64,000 nucleotides of DNA. Origin: Myxococcales bacterium. GTDB taxonomy: Bacteria; Myxococcota_A; Polyangia; Fen-1088. The position numbers were made by a program, and so were the translations under genes. The notes under the pieces were generated by a model. The model made no database searches, was not told the origin of the DNA, and saw only the letters and a program-made list of their open reading frames with translations. Of this stretch, positions 61,367-64,000 are shown in pieces. Positions within the stretch are counted from its first letter, which is position 1. Each line of letters begins with the position of its first letter. The stretch covers positions 1,671 through 65,670 of the forward strand of contig JANXXE010000193.1 in assembly GCA_025350815.1 (NCBI GenBank), in the 5' to 3' direction.

Positions 61367-62404
61367 TTAGCCGAGTTCCGCCAGTCGCACCGTCTTGCCG
61401 GTCGCCGCCGACAGATCCGCTGCGTACACCACCCGATGCGTTTCAAGCGCGGTGTCGAAATCGGTCAGGGGCATCTTCTGCCCCTTGAGGGCGGCGTCGA
61501 CAAACGCCTGAAATTGCGGCTGGTACGGGTGGTCCTCGACCTTGCCCGAGTCGACCATGTGCGTGGACAGAGTGCTCCACTGGGCCTTCACCATGCCGGG
61601 CAACTTGTTCGTGTGCAGGCGGTTGTCGAGCAAACTGCCCTCGCTGCCGACCAGGTGGCAGTGAAAGTAATAGGGCTGGTGACAGTCCACCACCGATGCG
61701 ACCTTGCCGAGCTTCCCGTTCTTGAACCGTAGCAAGGTCACCGATGTGGTGTCGTATTCGTAAGGAGCGAACGCGGCGTTGCTGGATCGGGTGGAATAGC
61801 TGGTCACCTCGTCAACCTGATCGCCCATCAACAACAGCAGCACATCCAGCGCGTGGCATCCGGCGGTCAGGAGACTGGAGCCGCCGAAGTCCTTCTTCAC
61901 GTTCCACCCAAATTGCCCGTACCAGGGGCCGATGCCGTGGAAGTAGTCCACCTCGCCGTAGTGCACCTGGCCAAGTAGTCCTTGGTCCACGATCGACTTG
62001 GCCATCGTGAACTGCGCGCTGAACCGCAGCTCGAAACACACACACGCGGTGACACCCGCGGCGCTGACGGCATCCCGCACGTCCTTCGCGTCCTTCCATG
62101 ACAGCGCGATCGGCTTCTCGATGATGAGATGCTTACCGGCGCGCGCCGCCGCGATGGCCTGCTCGGGGTGCAGCGGGTGCGGCGTACAGATTGAAATGGC
62201 GTCAATGTCCTTGTCGGCCAGCATCCGGTCATAGTCCCGGTACACCTTGAGTGGGATCCCGAACCGTTCGGAGATGCCATTGGCGTCCAGCTCTCGTCGC
62301 GAGCACACCGCGACCACGCGCGCGCCCTTTACTGATTTAAGGGCCGCAATGTGTGCGCCCGCCACCCAGCCCAGTCCAACGATTCCGATTCGTAGCTCGC
62401 CCAT
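61367..62404 (-). CDS. Gfo/Idh/MocA-family NAD(P)-dependent oxidoreductase
   Basis: ORF track 345 aa. Present: [19 protein letters not shown] and IIEKPIALS. It lies 6 bp upstream of the PIG-L gene. Confidence 0.85.
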   Translation of the reverse strand: MGELRIGIVGLGWVAGAHIAALKSVKGARVVAVCSRRELDANGISERFGIPLKVYRDYDRMLADKDIDAISICTPHPLHPEQAIAAARAGKHLIIEKPIALSWKDAKDVRDAVSAAGVTACVCFELRFSAQFTMAKSIVDQGLLGQVHYGEVDYFHGIGPWYGQFGWNVKKDFGGSSLLTAGCHALDVLLLLMGDQVDEVTSYSTRSSNAAFAPYEYDTTSVTLLRFKNGKLGKVASVVDCHQPYYFHCHLVGSEGSLLDNRLHTNKLPGMVKAQWSTLSTHMVDSGKVEDHPYQPQFQAFVDAALKGQKMPLTDFDTALETHRVVYAADLSAATGKTVRLAELG

Positions 62405-62535
62405 TTTCGTGAACCTCCTGTGAAACTAATACTGCCATAGATGCGGGTTATTTTCGATATATAGCGACAACACGACTTTAATTTGGCAGAATTTACGCTG
62501 AAACGCCCTGTATTACATTCTATAGAAAATAATGC
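62405..62535. promoter_or_regulatory. AT-rich divergent promoter/operator region between the oxidoreductase operon and the ROK regulator
   Basis: This 131-bp stretch is markedly AT-richer than its flanks. It contains the imperfect palindrome TCGATATATAGCGA (62454-62467; 12 of 14 positions self-complementary) and ttacattctatagaaaataat just before the ROK ATG. Confidence 0.4.
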
Positions 62536-63714
62536 ATGAAAAAAACGTCGCGTGCTGCCCCCCGACATCGGGCGGAAATCTTAGGCCGAATCGTGCCCTG
62601 GCGAACCAGCACACGCATCGAGCTGGCCCAGCACACGGGCTTGAGCCCGGCGACGGTGTCGCGCATCACCCGAGATCTCGTGGACGAAAAGCTTCTCAAG
62701 GAGATCACGCGCATTCCCACGAGCGTGGGGCGGCCCACCCGGGGCCTTGAAGTCAACGGCGGCGCCGGAACCGTCATCGGCATCAGCGTCCTCTTGCCCT
62801 CGGCCGAGCTGGTTCTGATGGACCTGCGCGGGCAGATCTTGCGCCACACCAGCCACGCGCTCGACGGCACGAAGGGGGCCACCGGTATCCTGGAGCAACT
62901 GCAAAAGGCCGTGCGTTCCCTGCTGCGGGCGTGGCCGCCGCGGGTGCCCAAACTGGCCGGCGTGGGTCTGGCGGTACCGGGTGAATGGCACCGGGAGGGC
63001 GGCATCGCCGTGAACTACCCGCGCGTTCCCGACTGGCGAAATGTCCCGATCGGCAAGTTGCTGCAGGAATGGACCGGCTGCCCGGTGTCGCTGATCGGCT
63101 ATGCGCCCGCCCTGGCCATCGCGAAAAGCGCACGCCACGGTGAGACCGATCCCGCCAACATGGTGTGCGTCGAGGTCAGCGAGAACATCGCCATGGGCAT
63201 CGTCGTCAATGGCGGGGTACTGGAAGGCGTGACCGGAAACGCGGGCGAGCTGGGCCACATCACGATCGATGCCGACGGACCGCTGTGCTATTGCGGCAAC
63301 CGCGGGTGCCTGGAAACCGTCGCCACGTGCGGGGCGGTCGAGGACGAGGTCAGAAATTCGGACGCGGCCCGCGACGTCTTCGTGAACAGCCGCGCGGTGA
63401 CCTTCGAGGACGTGGTGACCCTGGCCCGCCAGGGTGATTCGTTCTCGACGCGCCTGTTGGCGCGCGTGGCCCGCACGCTGGGCATTGGGTTGGCGACCGC
63501 GCTGAATTTGTTGAATCCCAAGGTGCTGGTCCTAAGCGGGCGCTTCTTCGACGCGGGCGATCTCGTCATGGCGCCGCTGCGCGCATCCATCGCGGATCAC
63601 ACGCTGACGAACACAATGAAGGGCCTGATCATCGAACCGTCCACGCTGGATCGCGGCGCGTCGGCCACTGGCGCCGGCCTGGCCGTGGTCAAGAACGTGG
63701 TGGCGACGCTGTGA
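62536..63714 (+). CDS. ROK-family transcriptional regulator (NagC/Mlc-like)
   Basis: ORF track 392 aa. The N-terminal winged helix-turn-helix is RIELAQHTGLSPATVSRITRDLVDEKLL. The ROK core includes GNAGELGHITID and the zinc motif CYCGNRGCLE. Confidence 0.85.
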   Translation: MKKTSRAAPRHRAEILGRIVPWRTSTRIELAQHTGLSPATVSRITRDLVDEKLLKEITRIPTSVGRPTRGLEVNGGAGTVIGISVLLPSAELVLMDLRGQILRHTSHALDGTKGATGILEQLQKAVRSLLRAWPPRVPKLAGVGLAVPGEWHREGGIAVNYPRVPDWRNVPIGKLLQEWTGCPVSLIGYAPALAIAKSARHGETDPANMVCVEVSENIAMGIVVNGGVLEGVTGNAGELGHITIDADGPLCYCGNRGCLETVATCGAVEDEVRNSDAARDVFVNSRAVTFEDVVTLARQGDSFSTRLLARVARTLGIGLATALNLLNPKVLVLSGRFFDAGDLVMAPLRASIADHTLTNTMKGLIIEPSTLDRGASATGAGLAVVKNVVATL

Positions 63715-64000
63715 GATACCTGCGAACGGCCCTGGCCCTGCTGGCATGCGCGCCGGCGGTGGCACAGGCAGCGGCTGACTTCACCGTGCCGCCGGGTTTC
63801 TCAGCGCAGGTGGTCGCCGGGCCGCCGCTGGTGGAACGGCCTGTCATGGCCGCGTTCGACGATCGGGGGCGGCTGTTCGTCGCGGACAACGCCGGCCTGA
63901 ACCTGGACGACAAGGCCTTCGACGCGCAGCTGCCCAACCTTGTCAGGATGCTGGAGGACACCAACGGCGACGGTGTGTTCGACAAATCCACCGTTTTTGC
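63711..64000 (+). CDS. Secreted protein, N-terminal part only (resembles the putative membrane-bound dehydrogenase / PVC-type N-terminal domain); runs off the right edge
   Basis: Not in the ORF track because no stop lies within the window. GTG at 63711 overlaps the ROK stop as GTGA. Hand translation: VRYLRTALALLACAPAVAQAAADFTVPPGFSAQVVAGPPLVERPVMAAFDDRGRLFVADNAGLNLDD...NLVRMLEDTNGDGVFDKSTVF. The F-x-VPxGF...V......P......D..GRL.V pattern is familiar from that family. Confidence 0.55.
   Translation, partial: MRYLRTALALLACAPAVAQAAADFTVPPGFSAQVVAGPPLVERPVMAAFDDRGRLFVADNAGLNLDDKAFDAQLPNLVRMLEDTNGDGVFDKSTVF

Overview
High-GC (roughly 68-70% by eye) bacterial chromosomal segment, very likely from a myxobacterium (Myxococcota). 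Four predicted proteins end in MYXO-CTERM-type tags (G-C-x-C, hydrophobic helix, Arg cluster). There are also TIGR02266-like PilZ domains and a Ser/Thr-kinase-linked ECF-type sigma factor. I support about 58 protein-coding features, one tRNA-Ser(GGA), a few tandem repeats and several decayed genes. I see no rRNA, CRISPR array or intact mobile element. Housekeeping genes (yggX, def-folB, ribA, mrp/apbC, trpS, thiolase-hbd, aroB, gnd) are interleaved with an unusually dense set of predicted lipoproteins and secreted proteins. The ORF track accepts ATG, GTG and TTG starts and reports the longest ORF. Many listed ORFs are therefore antisense or shadow ORFs typical of high-GC DNA, and several real genes start downstream of the listed start. 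One long gene (1..4789, minus) is missing from the track because its stop lies outside the window. Most interesting observations: (1) a mirror-symmetric four-gene module at 5.9-13.4 kb, with a divergent ECF sigma and a zinc-finger anti-sigma (ZAS)-fused Ser/Thr kinase, each followed by a paralogous Cys-rich FG-GAP propeller lipoprotein with a shared C-terminal ...AAR[IL]PF tail; (2) a four-member family of ConA/LamG-like lipoproteins scattered over 30 kb; (3) an operon with a MORN/YwqK-like repeat protein and two tandem paralogous small membrane lipoproteins; (4) an LSm-like small ORF and an mrp N-terminus that both lack a canonical start codon; (5) a metzincin-like lipoprotein with QExxHxxGxxH in place of HExxHxxGxxH, coupled to a small Cys-rich lipoprotein; (6) decayed elements, namely an integrase fragment beside the tRNA, a degraded PIN/Phd toxin-antitoxin pair, and a PQQ-like gene with two compensating frameshifts at homopolymer runs. 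All functional calls rest on motif recognition by eye. No database search was run.
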